Assembly: GCA_964609925.1 (NCBI GenBank)
Contig: CAZSUJ010000009.1
Coordinates: 4,290 to 68,289 of the forward strand
From: an uncultured Chthoniobacter sp.
Lineage (GTDB): Bacteria; Verrucomicrobiota; Verrucomicrobiia; Chthoniobacterales; JACTMZ01
DNA length: 64,000 nt
Direction: 5' to 3'
This document shows, in pieces, positions 48,328-55,171 of the stretch (its first letter is position 1; each line of letters begins with the position of its first letter). The notes under the pieces were generated by a model. That model worked only from the letters and a program-made list of their open reading frames with translations, had not been told where the DNA came from and searched no databases. The position numbers and the translations under genes were made by a program.

Positions 48328-48389
48328 TGTAGCGGCGGTCTCCGACCGCCGAACGCAACCATCCGCCGGTGGAGACACCGGCGCTCCAG
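48328..48389. repeat. REPIN-like doublet: two inverted REP units, slightly degenerate
   Basis: tGTAGCGGCGGTCtccGACCGCCG, a 12-nt spacer, then CGCCGGTGgagaCACCGGCGCTCCAg. Each unit is GTAG/GGAG plus an 8-bp hairpin. It lies 22 nt after the fucI stop. Confidence 0.6.
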
Positions 48390-48447
48390 CCGATCCATCT
48401 CGTCGCCCGCCGCGTGGCTGCTAAACTGCAGCCTCGCGCCCCGTCGC

Positions 48448-49848
48448 ATGACACGCTTCCTACTCGTCGTCCTCGTCCTTCTCGTTGCCGCCTACTTCGG
48501 TTGGCGGCAGGTGCAGCAGCCACCGCCGCCACCCGCGCCGGCGGTGGTGGTTGAGGCGACTCCTGCTCCGACTCCGGAGGCAACCCCCGAACCGGTCGCC
48601 ACACCACGCGTCGCGCCCGAGGGGATGGTCTACGTGGTCCGTCGCTTCACGGTGTCCACTCCGCAGGGTATTCATGCCTTCACGCCCGGGCGCGAGGTGC
48701 GCTTCATTCGCGAGGAGCCCGGCTACTACGTCGTGGCGGACGGCGATGTGGAGGGCCGCGCTCCCCGGCTTTGGTTCACGAGGGATGCAGAGGAGGCCCA
48801 TGCGCTGCGTGAGGAGCACCTCAGCGCGGAGGAGGTCGCCGCGCGCCTGCTCGAACAATCGCAGCGGCAGGCGGCCGATTTCGAGGCGCGGGAGCGGGCC
48901 AAGGTGGACGCTTTTGCGGGGGCCCTGCAGGGCCGGGGCGCCACGCCGGCACCGGCGACCAAGCCTGAGCCGGCGCCCGCAGCGGCATCACCGGCCGAGG
49001 CGCCTTCCGGCCCCCTTCGCATCGGGGCGTGGAACCTGGAGTTTTTCGGCAGCCGCAAGGATCCGCCGAGGACGAAGGACGACGTGCAGGCGATCGCGGA
49101 CTACATCCGGGGCCTCGGCGTGGCGGCGCTCGTGCTGACGGAGGTGGACGGCGAGGGGCCGGTGCACGAACTCTGCCGCCTCATCGGTCCCACGTGGAAG
49201 AGCGTCGTCGGCTCGAGCAAAAAGGGCGGCAACGCGTCCGCCCCGGAACAGGCCGTGGCCATCATCTGGGACGACTCGCGGCTCGACTTGGTTTCCGGCG
49301 GCGAACTGCGGCAGATGCCGCGCACGCTCGACGGCCTGCCCATCTTCCACCGATTGCCCGTGACGGCCGCCCTGCGCGATCGACGGGGCGGTCCCGATTT
49401 CCGCCTCGTGGGCGTGCACTTCAAGGCCGGACGCGACCCCGAGTCCAACCGCAAGCGCCAACTCGAGATCGGGGAGATCCGGCGCTACCTCGACGACCTG
49501 CGCGAAAACGACGGCGAGGACCGCGACGTCGTGGTTCTCGGTGATTTCAATTCCGGCGATGACTTTCCCGAGGCCAAGACGCTGACGGCGGGGCGTGAGT
49601 TTTCCTACCTCACCAAGCCGGGCGGGGGGACCAGCATCATCCACTTCAACCGGCAGATCGACCACATCGTTCCCGCGTCGGACTTCGACGAAATCCAGGC
49701 GGGCTCGTTCGACATCCACAACCGTGAAGGGTTGGCCAACCGCGAGGAATGGCGCAACCGCTACTCCGACCACTTCCCGATCACCGTGGGCGTCAGCCAG
49801 AAGCCCGATGACGACCCGGACGCGGCATTCTCACCTCCGGGGGGATAG
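48448..49848 (+). CDS. Membrane-anchored endonuclease/exonuclease/phosphatase (EEP) family protein
   Basis: 466 aa. MTRFLLVVLVLLVAAYFGW is an N-terminal TM segment. It is followed by a Pro-rich linker, a small domain, a charged helix (EEHLSAEEVAARLLEQSQRQAADFEARERAKVD) and an EEP core (LRIGAWNLEFFG...VLTEVDG...VGVHFKAG...VVLGDFN...IDHIV...SDHFPITV). Confidence 0.85.
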   Translation: MTRFLLVVLVLLVAAYFGWRQVQQPPPPPAPAVVVEATPAPTPEATPEPVATPRVAPEGMVYVVRRFTVSTPQGIHAFTPGREVRFIREEPGYYVVADGDVEGRAPRLWFTRDAEEAHALREEHLSAEEVAARLLEQSQRQAADFEARERAKVDAFAGALQGRGATPAPATKPEPAPAAASPAEAPSGPLRIGAWNLEFFGSRKDPPRTKDDVQAIADYIRGLGVAALVLTEVDGEGPVHELCRLIGPTWKSVVGSSKKGGNASAPEQAVAIIWDDSRLDLVSGGELRQMPRTLDGLPIFHRLPVTAALRDRRGGPDFRLVGVHFKAGRDPESNRKRQLEIGEIRRYLDDLRENDGEDRDVVVLGDFNSGDDFPEAKTLTAGREFSYLTKPGGGTSIIHFNRQIDHIVPASDFDEIQAGSFDIHNREGLANREEWRNRYSDHFPITVGVSQKPDDDPDAAFSPPGG

Positions 49849-49877
49849 AAGAGCCTCATCGTTGGCGGACGGTTCTT

Positions 49878-49940
49878 CTGTAGCGGCGCTGTCCCCAGCG
49901 CCGGTGAGTTGCGTCGCCGGTGGGGACACCGGCGCTACAG
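49878..49940. repeat. REPIN doublet (two inverted 26-nt REP units)
   Basis: CTGTAGCGGCGCTGtccccAGCGCCG, an 11-nt spacer, then CGCCGGTGgggaCACCGGCGCTACAG. This shows the GTAG head plus hairpin architecture. Confidence 0.75.
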
Positions 49941-50041
49941 TGCGATCATTGTGAGCGTGATGACCGACGCCCGATGACGATCCGGAGGCGGCATTCTCAC
50001 CTCCGGGGGATAGAGAGCCTCACCGTCGGCGGGCGATTCTC

Positions 50042-50088
50042 CTGTAGCGGCGATGTCCCCATCGCCGGTGGGGACACCGGCGCTACAG
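50042..50088. repeat. REPIN doublet with the two units abutting (5-nt overlap)
   Basis: CTGTAGCGGCGATGtccccATCGCCGGTGgggaCACCGGCGCTACAG. Confidence 0.75.
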
Positions 50089-50189
50089 ACCGATCATCGT
50101 GAGCCAGATGCCCGGTGGTGGTCCGGGCGAGGTCGGCTCACCGCAGGACTCTGCTCGAATGAAGCCCCCCGTCCTCTTGGACCATAAGC

Positions 50190-50219
50190 AAAACCCCGCG
50201 CCGTTGCCGGCGCGGGGTT
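50190..50219 (-). terminator. Rho-independent terminator of the 50248-52326 gene
   Basis: The minus strand reads AACCCCGCGCC-ggcaac-GGCGCGGGGTT followed by TTGCTTAT. This is an 11-bp GC-rich stem and a T-rich tail, about 29 nt after the stop. Confidence 0.65.
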
Positions 50220-50247
50220 GCTTGATGATCGATGATGGAGCCTGCGG

Positions 50248-52326
50248 TCAGGGCTGCAGCACGGCCTCGATGCCCAGGAACTGGTTCGTCGAGGTGCGCG
50301 GGGTGCTGAAGATCTGACGCGCCGTGCCGAAGGGCACGCCGGACTGATCAACCGCATTGCTCTGCGTCACGGTATTCGTGGTCCACGGACCGGTAGCCAG
50401 GTTGGTCGTGGTCCGTCCGATGACCGAGAGGCTCGGGTTGTTCGTCCGGACGATGGCCGTGATGGACAGCAGGTTCGTCGTCAGAGTGGTGACGGACGGA
50501 ACGCTGTTGTTGTTCGTCGGGCCGCTGGCGCCGCCGACCGCGTAGAGGCTGAGGTTCGTCGTGTTGAGCGGTGCGCCCTGCGCCCAGCTCGTGAACGTCG
50601 CCCCTCCATTGTCGTTGCTCCAGAAGACCAAGGGCAGGGTCTGCACCACATTCGAGGGCCCGAGCACCCAGCTGCGGTTCTCGAAGAGGTCGTTCGGGTT
50701 GACGATCTCGTAGCCGTTGTTCACGGGGAAGCCGGGGCTGTAGAACTTGTATTGGTTGGTCGTGCCGGGGGCGCCCGAGATCGCGAACTCGCCCACGTAG
50801 ATGTTCGAGCCGGCGTTGGTCAGGTTGTAGTTCGTGTTGCCGGTCTCGTAGTTCTGCCCGTTGAAGTTGCCGATGACACGGACGACTCCGCCGTTCGTGT
50901 TGAAGTTGCCGTTGGCCACCTGCACGGTCATGTCAACCGAGAAGGACACGGGGCGGCTGGCCGGGACGTTGGTCTGGTTGTTCCAGAACACGGTGGGCTC
51001 GACCTGCGCGGGAGTCGGGCTGCCGTTCGTGTTCAGGGCGAGCACCAACTGGCGGTTGGGATCGTTCTCGTAGCCGCTGTTGGGCATGCCGACGCTGTAG
51101 AATTTGTAGGCGATGTTTTGCCCGTCCAAGCCGGCGATGTTCGAGATCGTTCCGGTGAAGACGCTGTTCGTGCCGGGGGTCAGGATGTTCCCCGAGGCCC
51201 CGCTGGTGTCCCAGTTGTTGAACGCGCCGACCACGAGCACATCGTTCGTGCCGTTGTAGTTGCCGAGCGCCTCTTGCACCGACATGTCCACGGAGAAGGT
51301 CACGTCGCGGAAGCCCTGGATGTTGTTGTAAAACACCGTGGGGAGGGTGAGGGGAGGCGGGGTGGAATTGGTCCCGACCGCGAAGGTCCGGTCAGGCGAG
51401 GTTTCGAGTGAGGCATCGATGGCGAATTTGTAGTTCACCGATGTCCCGTAGAACCCCGGGATGGCAAAGGTGCCTTCGAAGATACCGTTGGTGTCCCCGT
51501 CCGAGAGTTCATAAGCGAGATCACCGGGCGTGAACCCGTTCCAAGCGCCCGCGACGGTGACCACGTTCAGGGCCGGGTTGAAGTTAGTTATGGCCGTCTG
51601 CACGTTCATGTCCACCGAGAAGGTTACGGTGTTGGTGATGGAGAGCGCCGAGTTGGCCAGCGTGTAGGAATTGATGGGGTTAGTGCCGCCCGAAGTGTAG
51701 GGGCCGCCCCAACCGGTGACCGATACGTTCGGGTTCGCCAAGGCATCAAGCGCGCTATCTCCGCCGCCGCTGCCGGAGGAATAAGCATCAAAATAAAGGA
51801 CGCTGCCCAGATTGGTGGTCCCCAAACTGGCTTTGCTCACCGTGTAGTTGATGGTCGAGGTGCCGTTGGTGTTGGTGGCGAACGTGTAGGCGGTGAGGTT
51901 GCCAAGGTTGGTGCTCCAGTTGGTGCCAGTATAGCCCCAGATCTGTGAGCCGCCACCGCCGTTGACCCAAGAACCGATCCAGCGCGTCATGCCGCCAGTC
52001 GGGCCGTTGAGCTGGATCGGGCGATTCCAGCCGTTGCCGGTGTTGGTGTTTGTTGTGGCACCCGTCGCTATGCCGATCATCAAGTTGGCCCAGTCGTTAG
52101 GAGAGGCGATGATGCCATTGACGGTGAGGTTGAAGATCACGTCGCTGCTCGTGTCGGACACCTCCATCTTCACGATGTCCAAGGTGCCTCCGGCCGTCGG
52201 GAGGTTCGTCGCGATGTCACCGATCGCATCCGTGTAAATTGTCGGCTGCGCCAGCAAAGAGCCGGCGGTGAGGCTGAAAACGGCGAAGAACGCGCAGACG
52301 CGCACAACGAGGGGGCGGATTTTCAT
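50248..52326 (-). CDS. Secreted N/T/G-rich protein: glucodextranase-C-like N-domain, three tandem CBM20-like (starch-binding-fold) modules, shared C-terminal domain
   Basis: 692 aa. The signal is MKIRPLVVRVCAFFAVFSLTAGSLLA|Q. DAIGDIATN...LDIVKMEVSDTSSDVIFNLTVNG forms the N-domain. There are three about 105-aa repeats, each opening (T/D/P)V(T/S)FSVDM.VQ and containing ...V.G.(W/F)N....YKF... The C-terminus is NLSLYAVGGASGPT...LSITAIVRTNNPSLSVIGRTTTNLATGPWTTN...RQIFSTPRTSTNQFLGIEAVLQP. Confidence 0.85.
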   Translation of the reverse strand: MKIRPLVVRVCAFFAVFSLTAGSLLAQPTIYTDAIGDIATNLPTAGGTLDIVKMEVSDTSSDVIFNLTVNGIIASPNDWANLMIGIATGATTNTNTGNGWNRPIQLNGPTGGMTRWIGSWVNGGGGSQIWGYTGTNWSTNLGNLTAYTFATNTNGTSTINYTVSKASLGTTNLGSVLYFDAYSSGSGGGDSALDALANPNVSVTGWGGPYTSGGTNPINSYTLANSALSITNTVTFSVDMNVQTAITNFNPALNVVTVAGAWNGFTPGDLAYELSDGDTNGIFEGTFAIPGFYGTSVNYKFAIDASLETSPDRTFAVGTNSTPPPLTLPTVFYNNIQGFRDVTFSVDMSVQEALGNYNGTNDVLVVGAFNNWDTSGASGNILTPGTNSVFTGTISNIAGLDGQNIAYKFYSVGMPNSGYENDPNRQLVLALNTNGSPTPAQVEPTVFWNNQTNVPASRPVSFSVDMTVQVANGNFNTNGGVVRVIGNFNGQNYETGNTNYNLTNAGSNIYVGEFAISGAPGTTNQYKFYSPGFPVNNGYEIVNPNDLFENRSWVLGPSNVVQTLPLVFWSNDNGGATFTSWAQGAPLNTTNLSLYAVGGASGPTNNNSVPSVTTLTTNLLSITAIVRTNNPSLSVIGRTTTNLATGPWTTNTVTQSNAVDQSGVPFGTARQIFSTPRTSTNQFLGIEAVLQP

Positions 52327-52353
52327 GGGGGGATTGTTTGGTAGTTGTTGCGT

Positions 52354-52381
52354 AAATTAGCAGGAGCCGCTTGGGGCGCAA
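52354..52381 (-). promoter_or_regulatory. Weak candidate sigma70-like promoter for the 50248-52326 gene
   Basis: The minus strand reads TTGCGC (52381-52376), 16 nt, TAATTT (52359-52354), about 27 nt before ATG 52326. It overlaps the two CGTAAAT motif copies. Confidence 0.25.
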
Positions 52382-52411
52382 CGTAAATCTGTCCCGTGGC
52401 GCCGCGGCAAG

Positions 52412-52438
52412 CACCTCCCCGGCTGGGCCGGGGAGGTG
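52412..52438. repeat. Perfect 11-bp inverted repeat (stable hairpin) in the divergent intergenic region
   Basis: CACCTCCCCGG-ctggg-CCGGGGAGGTG. There is no flanking T-tract on either strand, so it is not a classical terminator. Confidence 0.7.
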
Positions 52439-52496
52439 ACAGATCCCATCCCGCAGCGGGTGGGCGGCTGGTTTTGGCGACACCACAAAAAACCAG

Positions 52497-52525
52497 TTGA
52501 CATTGCTCCGCGGTATTTACATTGT
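52497..52525 (+). promoter_or_regulatory. Candidate promoter of the pseudopilin operon (A-tract, TTGACA, weak -10); predicts a leaderless or very short-leader mRNA
   Basis: acaaaaaaccag-TTGACA (52497-52502), then either 15 nt and TACATT (52518-52523) or 17 nt and CATTGT (52520-52525). ATG follows at 52532. There is no Shine-Dalgarno sequence. Confidence 0.35.
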
Positions 52526-52531
52526 GATTAC

Positions 52532-53062
52532 ATGAATCAGCCAGAGTTGGCAGTCCGCAGTCCGCAGTCTTCAGGTTCGCAGCTGGCCTCCCGCTCCCTG
52601 ACTCCCGATGCCTGCTGCCACCGCGCCCGGCGCCCCTTCGATGCCTTCACCATGATCGAACTGCTCGTGGTCATCGCCATCATCGCGATCTTGGCCGGCC
52701 TCACTCTCTCCACTCTCGGCTACGTGAACCGCAAAGGCGCGGAATCCCGCGCCCGCGCCGAGGTGGCGGCGCTCTCTACCGCCATCGACAGCTTTTTCGC
52801 CGATTACGCGGCCTACCCGGCCTCGAACAACCTTTTCCGCGAACTCACGGGCCACAGCGCGGCGCCCATCAACACCAATCGCAAAGTCTTTTTCGAGCCC
52901 CCCGCCAACATCACGACCAACCTGACCACCGGTCCATTCATTGATCCTTGGGGAGCGGCCTACAACTACAACCCCAGCAACCCCGTCAACAACGTTGGCT
53001 TCTACGACCTGTGGACAACTGCTGGCGGGAAAACCAACCAGCGCGACTGGATACGAAATTGA
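52532..53062 (+). CDS. GspG-like major pseudopilin (prepilin-type N-terminal methylation domain) with a 38-aa leader
   Basis: ...RARRPFDA|FTMIELLVVIAIIAILAGLTL has the class III signal core with E at +5. The GspG-like body has RAEVAALSTAIDSFFADYAAYP, IDPWGAAYNYNP and YDLWTTAGGKTNQRDWIRN. Confidence 0.85.
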   Translation: MNQPELAVRSPQSSGSQLASRSLTPDACCHRARRPFDAFTMIELLVVIAIIAILAGLTLSTLGYVNRKGAESRARAEVAALSTAIDSFFADYAAYPASNNLFRELTGHSAAPINTNRKVFFEPPANITTNLTTGPFIDPWGAAYNYNPSNPVNNVGFYDLWTTAGGKTNQRDWIRN

Positions 53063-53802
53063 GCGAGGTGCTTCCAGTCGTTAGTCGTCAGTCGTCAGCA
53101 GGAAGAGACTGCGGCCACGCCTGGGTTCGCGCGCTGGGCCGCATTCTTCATTACCGCTCGACTCGTCACTCGCCACCCGTCACTCGTCACCGCGCCCGCC
53201 GCGCGGGCGCCTTCACCCTTCTCGAACTTCTCATCGTCATCGGCCTTATTGCCGTTCTCATGGGGCTGACCCTTCCTGCTTTGCAGGGCCTCTTCGGTGT
53301 GGCCGGTCGGCGGGGCGGGGTGAACGTCCTCGCCGGCGCGATGGAGCAAGCCCGCCTGATCGCTATCCAGCACGGTGTGTCCTCCTACGTGGGTTTCCCG
53401 ATGGCTTTGGCCGACAAGGAGACGGCCTGGAACTCGGTGATTGTGTTCCGTGAGACACGTGCCGATGAGCGAGCGACCAACCCGGCGCAGTTCGCGGTGA
53501 TCAGCCGGTGGTTGCGTTACCCCACCGGCGTTTTTGTTGATCCCGGGACCATTCCTTCTGCCACCGTGAGCATTACTAACCTTCCGCGCTTAGCCAACCA
53601 GCCCGTCACACAGGTGTCAGCCGTCCAATTTGACCGTTTCGGCAAGCTCCGGCCCGAATCGCCCCTCCGGATCCATGTGGGTGAGGGTGTCGTGCAGGGA
53701 TCCACGGTCCGGTTCCGGCCGACGACGAACAATTTCAACGCCCTCAATATCCTCCCGCTCACCGGGCGCGTCAAAATCACCGACGGGGTCCTCGGCGAAT
53801 GA
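53059..53802 (+). CDS. GspH-like minor pseudopilin; start inferred (TTG 53059 overlapping the upstream stop, or GTG 53068)
   Basis: RARRAGA|FTLLELLIVIGLIAVLMGLTLPAL is followed by VNVLAGAMEQARLIAIQHG, a GspH/FimT-like helix. There is no ATG/GTG/TTG between 53068 and the hydrophobic segment, which implies a 48-51 aa leader. Confidence 0.7.
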   Translation: MSEVLPVVSRQSSAGRDCGHAWVRALGRILHYRSTRHSPPVTRHRARRAGAFTLLELLIVIGLIAVLMGLTLPALQGLFGVAGRRGGVNVLAGAMEQARLIAIQHGVSSYVGFPMALADKETAWNSVIVFRETRADERATNPAQFAVISRWLRYPTGVFVDPGTIPSATVSITNLPRLANQPVTQVSAVQFDRFGKLRPESPLRIHVGEGVVQGSTVRFRPTTNNFNALNILPLTGRVKITDGVLGE

Positions 53803-54440
53803 AAACGTCACAGTTTCCGACGCGCACGCGCAACGCACGGGCTGCGGGCACTCGGGCTTTCCCCTGCCTTCCTTCCCCCGTCCCCCGCTCAACCTCTGCC
53901 GCTTCGCCCCAGCGCTCCGCTTTCAGCCTCGTCGAAGTCGTCATCTCCATCGGCATCTTTGCCTTCGTTATCGTCGGGATCGTGGGACTGTTTCCGGCCG
54001 CCCTGCGGGTGCGGTCCGAGTCCGCCCTCGACACCCGGGCCGCCATGATCGCGCAGCAATTGATGGCTGCGGTGGATTCCTCGTCCAGCCTGACCAACGT
54101 GGTTGTGCCCACCGGGGCCTACACGGGGAACCCGGCGACCCGGACGGTCAATGTCCTGCAGAGCAATTTCCCCACGGTCCTTGGCTACCAGTCGCGCAGC
54201 ACCTTTCCGTTCTGGTATTTCCGGACGGCTCCCAACAGCTCCTGGACCAATGCCGGGGGGAGTGACCAAGAAATCGCGCAGTCAGCCGCCAATGAGATCA
54301 CCACCTTGGTGCGCATGTCGGCCACCACCAACAATCTCAACAACCTGGCACAGATCACGATAGAAGTGCGCTCGCCGGCCGCCTTGTCCCTCTCGAATTC
54401 CCGCGTCGTCACATTCACCACCCTGCGCCCGCTGCAATGA
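53799..54440 (+). CDS. GspI-like minor pseudopilin with a 41-aa leader
   Basis: MKTSQFPTRTRNARAAGTRAFPCLPSPVPRSTSAASPQRSA|FSLVEVVISIGIFAFVIVGIVGLF. ATGA overlap with the upstream gene. Confidence 0.75.
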   Translation: MKTSQFPTRTRNARAAGTRAFPCLPSPVPRSTSAASPQRSAFSLVEVVISIGIFAFVIVGIVGLFPAALRVRSESALDTRAAMIAQQLMAAVDSSSSLTNVVVPTGAYTGNPATRTVNVLQSNFPTVLGYQSRSTFPFWYFRTAPNSSWTNAGGSDQEIAQSAANEITTLVRMSATTNNLNNLAQITIEVRSPAALSLSNSRVVTFTTLRPLQ

Positions 54441-55171
54441 AGACGTCGCCACCCTCCTCATCGCTCCCCGCCCGTCATGGGGTGGCCGTCGGAGGCTTCA
54501 CCCTGATCGAGTTGCTGGTCTCATCCGCCATCCTCGGCATCGTGATGTTCATTCTGCTCTCGACGCTCACGACGTCCCTGTCGTTGTGGCGGACAACCGA
54601 GGCAAGTATCTCGTCCGACCGCGAGGGTCGCTCGGCGAACCTCCTGCTCGCCCAGGATCTTGCCAACGCCGTCATGCCCACGAACCCGGCCCTCTGGCCG
54701 CAGGTCACCCCGAACTCGCTGCGCTTCCTCACCCTCCGTTCGCCGGAGTATCAAGGAGCCACCAACGGCGTCGGTGACCTGTGTTTCGTGGAGTATCGGG
54801 TCGGGCCCGACACCACCAGCAGCACGACCAACTTCGTTGCGCTGACTCGCAACTTCGTGGGGAGCACGGCTACTTATGCGGCGCTCAAGAATGGCAACTT
54901 CCCGACGGTTGACGCGTCGCGGGCCCAGTTGCTTGCGGCCAACGTGGTCCCGAACCGCCGCGTCCTTTATTATAACAACGACATCACGGACGCCTATTTC
55001 AACGCCCTCGGCACAAACGGCCTTCCGGTCACCGCCAACGCCCGTCCGGCCATTATCGACGTGACCATCTCCACCGCCGACGAGGAAGGCGTGCGCACTC
55101 TCGACATAACCAACAAGCAGTTGCGGAGCGGGGGGTATTTCTCCTTCCGTGTCGCTCTGCCCAGACCATGA
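54437..55171 (+). CDS. GspJ-like minor pseudopilin
   Basis: MKTSPPSSSLPARHGVAVGG|FTLIELLVSSAILGIVMFILLSTLTTSLSLWR is PulJ-like. ATGA overlaps at both ends. Confidence 0.75.
   Translation: MKTSPPSSSLPARHGVAVGGFTLIELLVSSAILGIVMFILLSTLTTSLSLWRTTEASISSDREGRSANLLLAQDLANAVMPTNPALWPQVTPNSLRFLTLRSPEYQGATNGVGDLCFVEYRVGPDTTSSTTNFVALTRNFVGSTATYAALKNGNFPTVDASRAQLLAANVVPNRRVLYYNNDITDAYFNALGTNGLPVTANARPAIIDVTISTADEEGVRTLDITNKQLRSGGYFSFRVALPRP

Larger units (their letters stand above)
49804..50108. repeat. Imperfect tandem duplication (period 166 nt). Copy 1 contains the last 15 codons and the stop of the EEP gene; each copy carries a REPIN.
   Basis: Copy 1 (49804-49969) reads cccgatgacgacccggacgcggcattctcacctccggggggatagaagagcctcatcg...ctgtagcggcgctgtcccc...ggcgctacagtgcgatcattgtgag. 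Copy 2 (49970 to about 50108) reads cccgatgacgatccggaggcggcattctcacctccgggggatagagagcctcaccg...ctgtagcggcgatgtcccc...ggcgctacagaccgatcatcgtgag. Confidence 0.85.

Noticed and set aside
48328-50088. A possible CRISPR array, because of the repeated 26-nt units.
   Set aside because: The units are palindromic and occur as inverted doublets with spacers of 0-12 nt. There are only two to three doublets and no uniform repeat-spacer periodicity or cas genes. This is the REP/REPIN architecture.
49920-50317. ORFs 49920-50102(+) and 50099-50317(+) in the REP/duplication region.
   Set aside because: They are translations of palindromic repeat DNA and of the terminator region. They have no start context and no coding-like composition.
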